Part shown: positions 30,118 through 37,871 of the stretch, piece after piece
How positions within the stretch are numbered: position 1 is the first letter of the stretch
Layout: every line of letters starts with the position of its first letter
NCBI GenBank assembly: GCA_963804995.1
Contig: CAWDSK010000006.1
Coordinates: 384,001-448,000 of the forward strand
Source of the DNA: an uncultured Acidobacteriota bacterium
GTDB taxonomy: Bacteria > Acidobacteriota > Terriglobia > UBA7540
Direction of reading: 5' to 3'
Length of the DNA: 64,000 bases
Position numbers and translations under genes: made by a program
Notes under the pieces: generated by a model
The model's input: only the letters and a program-made list of their open reading frames with translations
Told to the model about the DNA's origin: nothing
Databases searched by the model: none

Positions 30118-31026
30118 CTACAAGGAAAAACCGTAGACCTGAGAGGCAAGGTCTGCTCCAGCCAGCGTGCTATTCGACGGGGACGTAGCTTCCTTACCGA
30201 AAAATGCCCGCCTCATGTCCTCCGGGAGGCTGCAACGTTGTGATGCGTGGGGATTGAGAAATAGTCTCATGCCGTACCAAATCTCCCGGTCATTCTGCTC
30301 AATCCAGAAGATACCGATCCCCCCCAAGTTCTCATACCGGCGGTCAGAGAAGCATCCCTCCGTTCGCGCTGCGTACAGCGCCGCCCCGACCTGCATATCC
30401 GTATCATGCTGAAGGCTCACAAAGAAGTCATCCGCAACAATCAAGAGGTTAGGATTGTCAGAACGCAACTTCTTGTACGCCTTCGCCACGGCAGATTGAA
30501 CTTTCTGCCACGGAGCGACCCATCGTCCTTCGCAGTACAGGTTCTTCGGCTGCTTAAGCCTTCCACTCCTTCTTTCCTCCTCCGATACTTCGCCTTCCCA
30601 ACCAGGGCTCTTGACTTCAACGAATACCAGAACACCTGAAGGACCTGCGACTGAGAATTCGCCTTCTCCGGGCACACCCCGTGCGCCAACAGGTTCCCAG
30701 TTCTGGACTCGGAACTGGTTCCTATGCAAGTAAAAGGCTACGCGCAACTCGGCAAGTGCCGACTCGAACTGGTTCCAACGGCCCCGCAGCCGGGGAAGGT
30801 AGGCCGCAAATCGGTCTTGCGCAACTGCAAACGCAAGCACTTTCTCAACCTCGTCGGAAAACTTTTGGTGCGATGGAAAGGCTTTTTCGTCCCGCCAACG
30901 AGCGCCGTCTCTTACGGTTGCTACCAGACTATCGATGTGCACATGGTCCGGCGGTGACCTTCTTTCGCGCGCAGCCTGTTCGGCACGCCGATCTACTATG
31001 GTTCTGCTCAGTTCGTTAGGGTCCAT
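30118..31026 (-). CDS. Hypothetical protein, possible PD-(D/E)XK nuclease-like fold
   Basis: ATG 31026 after AAGGAG. LAELRVA...GEFSV...VFVEVKS...KAYKKL pattern. Confidence 0.55.
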   Translation of the reverse strand: MDPNELSRTIVDRRAEQAARERRSPPDHVHIDSLVATVRDGARWRDEKAFPSHQKFSDEVEKVLAFAVAQDRFAAYLPRLRGRWNQFESALAELRVAFYLHRNQFRVQNWEPVGARGVPGEGEFSVAGPSGVLVFVEVKSPGWEGEVSEEERRSGRLKQPKNLYCEGRWVAPWQKVQSAVAKAYKKLRSDNPNLLIVADDFFVSLQHDTDMQVGAALYAARTEGCFSDRRYENLGGIGIFWIEQNDREIWYGMRLFLNPHASQRCSLPEDMRRAFFGKEATSPSNSTLAGADLASQVYGFSL

Positions 31027-31123
31027 GGGCTCCTTGTCTTTTCTCGAAGCCGGGATCTCCAAATTTGATCTCCCGGCATCTAAGATTATACAACTCTTTG
31101 CCTCCAACCGAGCGGGTACCCGC

Positions 31124-31423
31124 CTAGTCAACGGAAACTTCCAGTAGAATAATGGATTCATCGCCACCGGAAAGCCTCACCGCTTTGGTGAATGACTTCC
31201 TCTCCAAGTGGGGAACTTTTTCGATAAGGTCGGCTTGTAAAAACGTGAATGATTTAGCGAAGCCTGAGAACTGTAATGTAAGCCATTCTTCGCCTAGCGA
31301 TACGATCCGCGCCGTATCTAATTCCCCAATAGGTTGGAACGATCCAGGGCGCTGGATTGATAATAGAGTTCCTTTGGTTTTCCACGCCAATAAAACACTC
31401 AACACTGCATCTTGTGAACGCAT
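31124..31423 (-). CDS. Small hypothetical protein
   Basis: 99 aa from ATG 31423 after GAGGAG. Lower GC than its flanks. Confidence 0.55.
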   Translation of the reverse strand: MRSQDAVLSVLLAWKTKGTLLSIQRPGSFQPIGELDTARIVSLGEEWLTLQFSGFAKSFTFLQADLIEKVPHLERKSFTKAVRLSGGDESIILLEVSVD

Positions 31424-31541
31424 GTTTTGCCTTCTCCTCAAGCGAGTAGCGCGCACCTCTCGGCGAGGTCCGCAGCTCTTGCCCGGAAAAATCCCTACGA
31501 CGAAAAACCTCAGACCCGAAAAACCAAGTCTGGGCTGTTCG

Positions 31542-32855
31542 TCATTGATTCACCTGCTGCAACAGGCGCTCGTAATTCCGCTTATAGTCCGGGTTCTTGG
31601 GGTCAAGCATGTAGGCCGCGCGGTATTCCTCAAGAGCACCTTGGCGGTCGCCTTTCTGCTCCAGTGCGACGCCGAGGTTGTTGTAAGCCTCGCCGAGGAA
31701 GAAATGCGCCACGTCATTATTGGGGTTCAAGCGCAGGGCCTCACGGTATTCCGCGATCGCACCGGCCGTGTCGCCCTTGTGTCCGAGCGCCATCCCGAGG
31801 TTGAGGTGCGCCTTGTCATTATTGGGGTTTAGGCGCAGCGCTTGGCGTTCTTCAGTGATTTCTCCATTCCAGTCGCCCTTCTCTCCGAAGGCGGAGCCGA
31901 GGTTGTTGTGCACATCGGCATAATTGGGGTCAAGGCGTAGGGCTTCGAGGTATTCCGCGATCTCGCCATCCCGGTCGCCCTTCTCTCCGAGGGCGAATCC
32001 GAGGAAGAAGTGCGCCTCGGCATCATTGGGGTTCAAACGCAAGGCCTCGCGGGCTGCCGCCGCGGCATCGTCCCACCTTTTTTGTCGACCCATGACAACG
32101 CCTAGGCTCACGTAAAGGTCGCCGTTTTGCGAATCAAGAAGCATGGCTGCCCGGAATTCCTGCTCGGCCTCCGCGTACTGGTCCTTCTTAAAGAATTCCG
32201 CGCCGCGCGCCACGTGCCGACGAATTTCAGCCTGCCGGGCTTGTGCGGCAGGGTCAACCGTCGCGGGCTTCGTTACCTTTGCGCTCTTGAGCGCGCTAAT
32301 TAGTTCATCCTCCCCACCAGCCAAGCGGACTTCCTGAAGGTAGTCATCCGTGGGCTCAAAATCGATTCCGCGTTGCTGGACCAGCATGGTGACTCGGTGG
32401 CCCGACACTTGCGCGGCGATCAGGGTGATAACTTGCACTTGGTTCAGCGGCTTCTTGGCGCTCGTGGGCGGGCCGCCAGTTGTAGAGCCGCCCTTGAGGG
32501 CGGCATGTGCCGGGCTCAAGCCCGGCGCTACCGCCGCACGCAGAGATGCGACAAATGCCTCGCTCGCGCCTGCGGCCTTGAGGGTTTGGATAAAGTCCTC
32601 AGACGGAGCGAAATCAATCCCTCGCTGCTCGATCAGCTTCGCGCCCGACTCATCACCCAACCCGTCCCGCACCAGGCCTCCCACCTGCTCCCGCGTAAAG
32701 GGCTTTGCCGGGCAGGATATTGCTGTTGTAGCGCTGACCTTTAGGTCAGCATGTGCCGACCTCAAGGTCGGCGCTACGATCTTCTGCTGCGCCCTCAGGG
32801 GCAGCGTCAGAATCAGGGGGATGAGAAGGATGAGCAGGAATAATCGGGGCCGCAT
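31542..32855 (-). CDS. Secreted TPR protein with two copies of an N-terminal helical domain and two REP-derived linkers
   Basis: Signal peptide; two RGIDF.P...AG domains; tandem 34-aa TPRs (EALRLNPND, EALRLDPNY, QALRLNPNN, EALRLNPNN). RBS GGGAGG. Confidence 0.85.
   Translation of the reverse strand: MRPRLFLLILLIPLILTLPLRAQQKIVAPTLRSAHADLKVSATTAISCPAKPFTREQVGGLVRDGLGDESGAKLIEQRGIDFAPSEDFIQTLKAAGASEAFVASLRAAVAPGLSPAHAALKGGSTTGGPPTSAKKPLNQVQVITLIAAQVSGHRVTMLVQQRGIDFEPTDDYLQEVRLAGGEDELISALKSAKVTKPATVDPAAQARQAEIRRHVARGAEFFKKDQYAEAEQEFRAAMLLDSQNGDLYVSLGVVMGRQKRWDDAAAAAREALRLNPNDAEAHFFLGFALGEKGDRDGEIAEYLEALRLDPNYADVHNNLGSAFGEKGDWNGEITEERQALRLNPNNDKAHLNLGMALGHKGDTAGAIAEYREALRLNPNNDVAHFFLGEAYNNLGVALEQKGDRQGALEEYRAAYMLDPKNPDYKRNYERLLQQVNQ
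32482..32531. repeat. 50-bp REP doublet inside a coding sequence
   Basis: GTAGAGCCGCCCTTGAGGGCGGCATGTGCCGGGCTCAAGCCCGGCGCTAC, read as VAPGLSPAHAALKGGST. Confidence 0.85.
32728..32777. repeat. 50-bp REP doublet inside a coding sequence
   Basis: GTAGCGCTGACCTTTAGGTCAGCATGTGCCGACCTCAAGGTCGGCGCTAC, read as VAPTLRSAHADLKVSAT. Confidence 0.85.
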
Positions 32856-32932
32856 CGGCACCTCCCGAACGCGGGAATGGGGGCATTCTACCACTTAGCG
32901 CAGCGCTGCGTAGCCGCAACCCAGGAAGGACT

Positions 32933-33060
32933 CACCGCAGAGGCGCGGAGGCACAGAGTCTTGAAATCCAAAGGCCTTTTCTCTGCGTCTCAGCGCCTCG
33001 GCGGTAAATATTATATTTGCTCGCAGCTTTTCCTCTGCTCCGTCTCTGTGACCTCTGTGG
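32933..33060. repeat. CACAGAG/CTCTGTG-type inverted short-repeat element
   Basis: ACCGCAGAGGCGCGGAGGCACAGAG pairs with CTCTGCGTCTCAGCGCCTCGGCGGT, followed by CTCTGCTCCGTCTCTGTGACCTCTGTGG. Confidence 0.6.
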
Positions 33061-33099
33061 TGTATGCCGGCCTCGTACCGGGCTACATCAAGCGCGCGC

Positions 33100-33550
33100 C
33101 TGTGGCCTGGCGGGGATGCTCGAAACCAGCCTCGACAAGTTCGGGTTCTTCGAGGAGCTGCATGGCCGCTCGGACTCAGGCCAAAGCAAGATGAAAGGAA
33201 TCTTCCTGGCAGGCGCGTGCCAATCGCCAAAAGACATTCAAGGCGCCATGAATCAGGGAATGGCCGCGGCCGGGTATGTGCTTTCGCAACTGGCCACGGG
33301 AAAGAGGCTCAAAATCGAGCCCATCACCGCACAGGTTCGCGAGGTGGCGTGTTCCGGATGCCAGATCTGCCGCGGCGTCTGTCCTTACAAAGCCATCGGG
33401 TTCGATCTTGATCACAAAGTCTCAGTAGTAAACCCGCTGCTCTGTCACGGCTGCGGTACATGCGTGGCAGCCTGTCCGTCAGGCGCCATGGATGGCAATC
33501 ACTTCACCATGGCCCAGATCTCGGCGGAAATCGAGGGAGTCTTACAATGA
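33100..33550 (+). pseudogene. hdrA: Heterodisulfide reductase subunit A-like C-terminal fragment
   Basis: LDKFGFF, GIFLAGACQSPKDI...AAA, then two ferredoxin motifs (CSGCQICRGVCP, CHGCGTCVAACP). The N-terminal FAD domain is absent. Confidence 0.82.
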
Positions 33551-33999
33551 CCGCGGAAAACGTGAACACTGATTTCGAGCCCAAAATTGTGGGGTTTCTG
33601 TGTAACTGGTGCTCTTATGCCGGAGCAGACAAAGCCGGCTTGGCCCAAACTCCCTATCCCCCCAACGTGCGGGTGGTGAAGTTCATGTGCAGTGGAAGAA
33701 TGGACCCGCAATTCGTCTTGCAGGCCTATCAGAATGGTGCGGACGGCGTGTTGATCCTGGGATGCCACTTTGGAGATTGCCACTATAAAGAAGGCAACTT
33801 CCGGGCGACACAGCGTCACCACATGCTTCTCGGCCTGCTCAAGCAGGAAGGCATCGAAGAAGCGCGCTGCCGCCTTGACTATGTTTCAGCGGGCGAAGGC
33901 GACAAGTTTGTGCAAGTGGTCACGGAAATGACCGAGACGATCAGAAAGCTGGGACCGCTTCACAAGCAACTCATCCCTAAAACTAGTGGAGATTCATAA
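33547..33999 (+). CDS. mvhD: Hydrogenase iron-sulfur subunit MvhD/FlpD
   Basis: FEPKIVGFLCNWCSYAGAD, MCSGR, GADGV, GCH.GDCHY..GN. ATGA overlap with hdrA. Confidence 0.92.
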   Translation: MTAENVNTDFEPKIVGFLCNWCSYAGADKAGLAQTPYPPNVRVVKFMCSGRMDPQFVLQAYQNGADGVLILGCHFGDCHYKEGNFRATQRHHMLLGLLKQEGIEEARCRLDYVSAGEGDKFVQVVTEMTETIRKLGPLHKQLIPKTSGDS

Positions 34000-34000
34000 A

Positions 34001-34222
34001 ATGACAAAGACTCTTGATTGCAAAGGGCTGCAGTGCCCTCAACCACGCCTGAAAATGTCCTTGACCGCGATGGAATTAAAGGCAGGTGACATTCTGGAAT
34101 GTGTTGCAGACTGCCCCACCTTCGAGGCAGATGTGAAGGACTGGTGCAAGAACAGCAAAAAAGCGTTGCTCTGGTTCAAAACCGATGGTGATGGCACCAA
34201 ACGTTGCCAAGTGCGGATCTGA
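34001..34222 (+). CDS. tusA: TusA/SirA family sulfur carrier protein
   Basis: LDCKGLQCPQP motif, GDILE, 73 aa. Confidence 0.85.
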   Translation: MTKTLDCKGLQCPQPRLKMSLTAMELKAGDILECVADCPTFEADVKDWCKNSKKALLWFKTDGDGTKRCQVRI

Positions 34223-34333
34223 AGCAGGCTAGTCCAAAATTCGCTCCCACGGGCAGGCGTGGTGATGGCGCCAAGCGTTGCCCAGTGCGGATCTGAAGTG
34301 GGCCAGTCCAAAATACGTTCCCCCCGGCGGGCA
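34186..34333 (+). repeat. Imperfect tandem duplication (74-bp period) of the tusA 3' end
   Basis: TGGTGATGGC.CCAA.CGTTGCC.AGTGCGGATCTGAAG..GGC.AGTCCAAAAT starts at 34186 and at 34260. Confidence 0.85.
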
Positions 34334-34665
34334 GCAACCCGCGGCGCGTTTTGCTGTAGCGGCGGTCGGCGCCTGCCCCCCAACTCGCAGGCTGTCAAGC
34401 TGAGCTATGACGCCTCCGCCTCGACGCGGGGCGTGGAAGTCGGTCTCGGCGTTGCGCGCGCCCCTACTCGGTTCTTGCAGCTTAGCGACTTTTTGTCACC
34501 ACCGTGGAACTGTCCCACTAGTTGCTCTTAGAGGGCCATAGCGCGCGAGGTCCCACCAACATTCCCATCCTCACCCGTTTTTCGCCCCCTGAATTTGTCC
34601 GTTGAGGCGCCGCTGCGCTTAGGGCTTTCCGTCGCGCCGCTGCGGTGAGGAACGCAGTTCGTTCT

Positions 34666-36096
34666 CTAAGACTCCTCCGGTATCGTGTACGGGGCGCGGT
34701 AGCCGCGGTCGGCGTTGCGCAGCAGCCTGTCAGCTTCGGAATCGCCGATGACTTGTTGCGTTTCGGGATTGAAATTCAAAGTCCGCCCCAGGCGATAAGA
34801 AGCGTTGGCTAGTTGCATCAGAGCCATGGAAGTGTAAGCTTCCTCGATGGGCGCGTTCAGGTTCTCCTTTTTCCGGCTAATCACACAGTCGATGAAGTTC
34901 GCGTAGTGCGCGAGTTCCGCTCCGGCATGGACCGCCGGTTGGGCCTCTTGATCCGGGCCCATCCACACTTTATAGGTATCGGCATCCTCATCGCCCGTAG
35001 CGAAATAGCCTTTCGAGCCAAAGAAGATGTTCCCCACGGTGTTGTGGCCGCCAGAGAGAGGGCCAAGCGCCGCAAGTCCGGGCTTGTGCTTGCGCTCTGG
35101 CGTGCCTAGTTCCGGCGTACCAATTTCCGCTTCATGATTGGTCATCCAGTGCCGGACTTCGAAGGTTATCATCTTCCGCTTGCCGTTCGGCAGATTGAAC
35201 TCAAAGGCGCAGCTCAGGTCGTTGGGAGTTTCCTGATCATCATCGAACATGAAGTGGCCGCCCATGGCGCTCACTTTGTTGGGGAATCCCACGCCCAGCC
35301 CCCAGCGCGCTACGTCAAGCTGATGAGTGCCTTGATTTCCCAGGTCACCGTTTCCATAAGCCCAGAACCAGTGCCAGTTGTAGTGAAAACGATTGCGGGT
35401 GAAATCATGCAGGGGCGCGGGGCCCGTCCAGAGATCGTAATTCACTCCCGCCGGAACCGGCTCCACCTGGGTATGGCCGATAGTGTTGCGCCACTTGTAG
35501 CAGAGCCCGCGCGCCATGTAGACGTCCCCGATCAGCCCTTCATGGAGCTTCTGGATGCCCTCGCGCACCGCCGTGGCAGAGCGGATTTGCGTGCCATGCT
35601 GAACGATGCGGTCGTATCTTTTCGCTGCGGCCACGAACTGCTTGCCTTCCCACACATTGTGCGAGCAGGGCTTCTCCACATAAACGTCCTTGCCCGCCTG
35701 GCATGCCCAGATTCCCATCAAGGTATGCCAGTGATTCGGCGTAGCAATCGAAATGGCATCGATCGACTTGTCATCCAAAAGCTTGCGGATATCCACGAAC
35801 GTGGCGGGCTTCGGGATGCCCCTTTTCTCCATTCCGGCTATGCGCTCCTGCGCGAGTTTCTCGTCGACGTTGCACACCGCGGCGATCTCAACGTTGCTCA
35901 ATTGCGCATAGTTTTGGACGTGATCCATGCCGCGGCCGTGCACTCCACAAATCGCCACCCGCACGCGGTCGTTCGCCCCGAATACCCGGTCCGGCCGGGT
36001 TAAGAAAGTCACACTGCTCGCGGCCGCGAGGCCCGCGGCACTCGTCATACCGCTTTTCAAAAAACTCCGACGGCTTAATTGCGAATCGTTGGACAT
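34666..36096 (-). CDS. Gfo/Idh/MocA family oxidoreductase, Tat-exported
   Basis: SRRSFL, GANDRVRVAICG, IDAISIATPNHWH, DVYVEKP, YDLWTGPAP, GDLGNQGTH. Confidence 0.92.
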   Translation of the reverse strand: MSNDSQLSRRSFLKSGMTSAAGLAAASSVTFLTRPDRVFGANDRVRVAICGVHGRGMDHVQNYAQLSNVEIAAVCNVDEKLAQERIAGMEKRGIPKPATFVDIRKLLDDKSIDAISIATPNHWHTLMGIWACQAGKDVYVEKPCSHNVWEGKQFVAAAKRYDRIVQHGTQIRSATAVREGIQKLHEGLIGDVYMARGLCYKWRNTIGHTQVEPVPAGVNYDLWTGPAPLHDFTRNRFHYNWHWFWAYGNGDLGNQGTHQLDVARWGLGVGFPNKVSAMGGHFMFDDDQETPNDLSCAFEFNLPNGKRKMITFEVRHWMTNHEAEIGTPELGTPERKHKPGLAALGPLSGGHNTVGNIFFGSKGYFATGDEDADTYKVWMGPDQEAQPAVHAGAELAHYANFIDCVISRKKENLNAPIEEAYTSMALMQLANASYRLGRTLNFNPETQQVIGDSEADRLLRNADRGYRAPYTIPEES

Positions 36097-36129
36097 GCGA
36101 AATTCTCCCTCCTTCAGAACTTGCCTCAT

Positions 36130-37125
36130 CTATCGTTCGTGGGTTGCATATTGCTGGTAGACCTCGGCGACCCTGGCTTGCCGGTAGTCTCCGTGATGAA
36201 TGAAAACGCGATAACGAAACTTTAACGCCTTGCCTTGTTGGACTGTCCAGCTCCCGTCCTTTTCCGGGTCGTTAAAGAACTCTCTCCAACCGAAGGGATT
36301 CGCGGCGAGCAGCCCATAACCGCGCGCGTGCCAATAGGTAGGGTGCCGGAAACTTCGCGGACTGTCGAAGACGGCAACGCCCAGATCCTCGCCCGCGACC
36401 GTACCATCATAGTCGACCCAATCCGCGCGCTTTCCCCAGATCGCTTTCTCTCCCTCCGCACCTGCCGAGTTTACCATGTGCCCGGGAGGTGAATTCAATT
36501 CTTTGGCCAAGCGGAGACCAAAGGTTCCTTCCTTGGTATCACCCAGGGTCAGGTCCGAGCCATGATTGGCCACGAGAGTGACCTCGCAATCAATCCACCG
36601 CGTGTCCTGGCCGCCTCCGAACAAAAAGGATTGGATCTCGTCCGCGATCACCCTGCCGCTCGGGCCGGCCAGTTCGAACGCAGTACGAAGCACACCGGAA
36701 TCGGCGCCGCCCTGAATCTCTTCCAGCTTGCGAAATGTCGCGCGCCCGAAAACCGTGTCGTCACTGTATTGCGGGAACACTGCCTCGCCCCAGAAGTCGA
36801 TGCCATCGATGTTTCCGTGACCAAAGAACATGGGGCGTTGATGAGGCTCCAAGCTCTGGTCCTTCAGATGTTCCGGCGGGATGGTGTTACCATTGGGAAA
36901 GTCCCGCGTCAGGACTGTACTTTGCGCGCTTCGCAGGGGTTGAAAGTATGGCTTGGCAACGTCAGAGGAAAAGTAGTATGTCGTGAAGGGTTTCCCCCCG
37001 ATGAGCACTTCAACCTGATCCCCCTTGCGCAAAAGCTCGACCGCATCCCCAGCGGCAAACGCGGCGGAAGCGAATAGCAATCCACCCATCACCACCAATC
37101 CAATCCCAAACTTCCCATGGATCAT
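36130..37125 (-). CDS. DUF6807 ('PmoA-family', PF14100-like) secreted protein
   Basis: Signal peptide, KPYFQPL, PHQR..FFGHG, GDTKEGTFGLR, WGKRADWVDY, PTYWHARGYGLLAANPFG. RBS AAGGAG. Confidence 0.82.
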   Translation of the reverse strand: MIHGKFGIGLVVMGGLLFASAAFAAGDAVELLRKGDQVEVLIGGKPFTTYYFSSDVAKPYFQPLRSAQSTVLTRDFPNGNTIPPEHLKDQSLEPHQRPMFFGHGNIDGIDFWGEAVFPQYSDDTVFGRATFRKLEEIQGGADSGVLRTAFELAGPSGRVIADEIQSFLFGGGQDTRWIDCEVTLVANHGSDLTLGDTKEGTFGLRLAKELNSPPGHMVNSAGAEGEKAIWGKRADWVDYDGTVAGEDLGVAVFDSPRSFRHPTYWHARGYGLLAANPFGWREFFNDPEKDGSWTVQQGKALKFRYRVFIHHGDYRQARVAEVYQQYATHER

Positions 37126-37391
37126 GAACGCATCTCCTTTAAATCACTTGGCGATCTCGAAGATGTCGGGCCAACGGTGATGTCTCCCCAGGGACGGCTC
37201 GCGACCTATAATGGCCCTTTGAAAAATACTTTGCAATAGACACCCTGCCCGCCTCTGGGAAGTGGAGCAGTTTGATTTGCGGGGTTATACTTTGGCCGGG
37301 CGGGAAGGTTTTGGATAAGCTAAATATGTAGCCTATCAACTGGACACAATGTCATCATGTTTTACCATTTATCATATTGTTGCTAACCGTA

Positions 37392-37470
37392 TTTGTTTTC
37401 AATAACCTCTCAGCTTTGGCAAACAGAAATCCCGAGTTGACGCGCTTTGTTTTCAATATGTTCTCAGCTT
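37392..37470. repeat. 25-bp imperfect direct repeat pair
   Basis: TTTGTTTTCAATA-NNN-TCTCAGCTT at 37392-37416 and 37446-37470 (22 of 25 identical). Confidence 0.75.
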
Positions 37471-37615
37471 AGGGCGTTTTGTCCATCAGGCGACACATTG
37501 TCGACTAAGAATGAACAGCTCAGACGGTGCGTTTTCGGTCTCATATTTACGCTTCACCGCGGGGCCTCCCTACGGTGCGCTCCACGCCAGGTCTTTCGGC
37601 AGTCAGCGCGGATGG

Positions 37616-37645
37616 ATTATACCCATTAGTAAAGCTTAATGTCAA
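37616..37645 (-). promoter_or_regulatory. Perfect-consensus sigma70 promoter
   Basis: Minus strand TTGACA (37645-37640), 18-bp spacer, TATAAT (37621-37616). Confidence 0.75.
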
Positions 37646-37659
37646 GCTGCATTATTAGG

Positions 37660-37750
37660 GGGTAGTGTCTCAGTTTGAATTCGTAGCGGCGAGTTTACCT
37701 CGCCAAATGGCGGCGTAAAGCCGCCTCTACATCAAGCTGAGACACTACCC
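37660..37750. mobile_element. Short TIR-bounded element enclosing a GTAG REP doublet
   Basis: GGGTAGTGTCTCAGTTTGA...TCAAGCTGAGACACTACCC (18 of 19 inverted match) around the REP doublet at 37683-37730. Confidence 0.72.
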
Positions 37751-37871
37751 ACCCTTGCGCAAAGCACTGCGTGCCTCAGGAAACGCGGTATAATGCCTCC
37801 CGATTTTTGAGGGCGGTTCGTTATTTCAAGTGATGCTATAACTTCAAACCTCATTCAGAGGTCGTGTCCAC

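Noticed and set aside
28686..33090. Integron cassette array or prophage explanation for the orphan genes
   Set aside because: I saw no attC-like sites, integrase or phage structural genes, and gene orientations are mixed.
33547..33999. Selenocysteine read-through in mvhD or the mvhG/hdrA fragments
   Set aside because: All ligand positions in mvhD are Cys codons. mvhG ends at TAA after unrelated sequence, so the truncation is not a recoded UGA.
34186..34333. DGR template/variable repeat pair
   Set aside because: Mismatches include C/T and T/A changes, not only adenines, and there is no reverse transcriptase in the window.
36130..37125. Particulate methane monooxygenase pmoA
   Set aside because: This is a soluble secreted protein without multiple TM helices and with no pmoB or pmoC. 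The family name is a misnomer.
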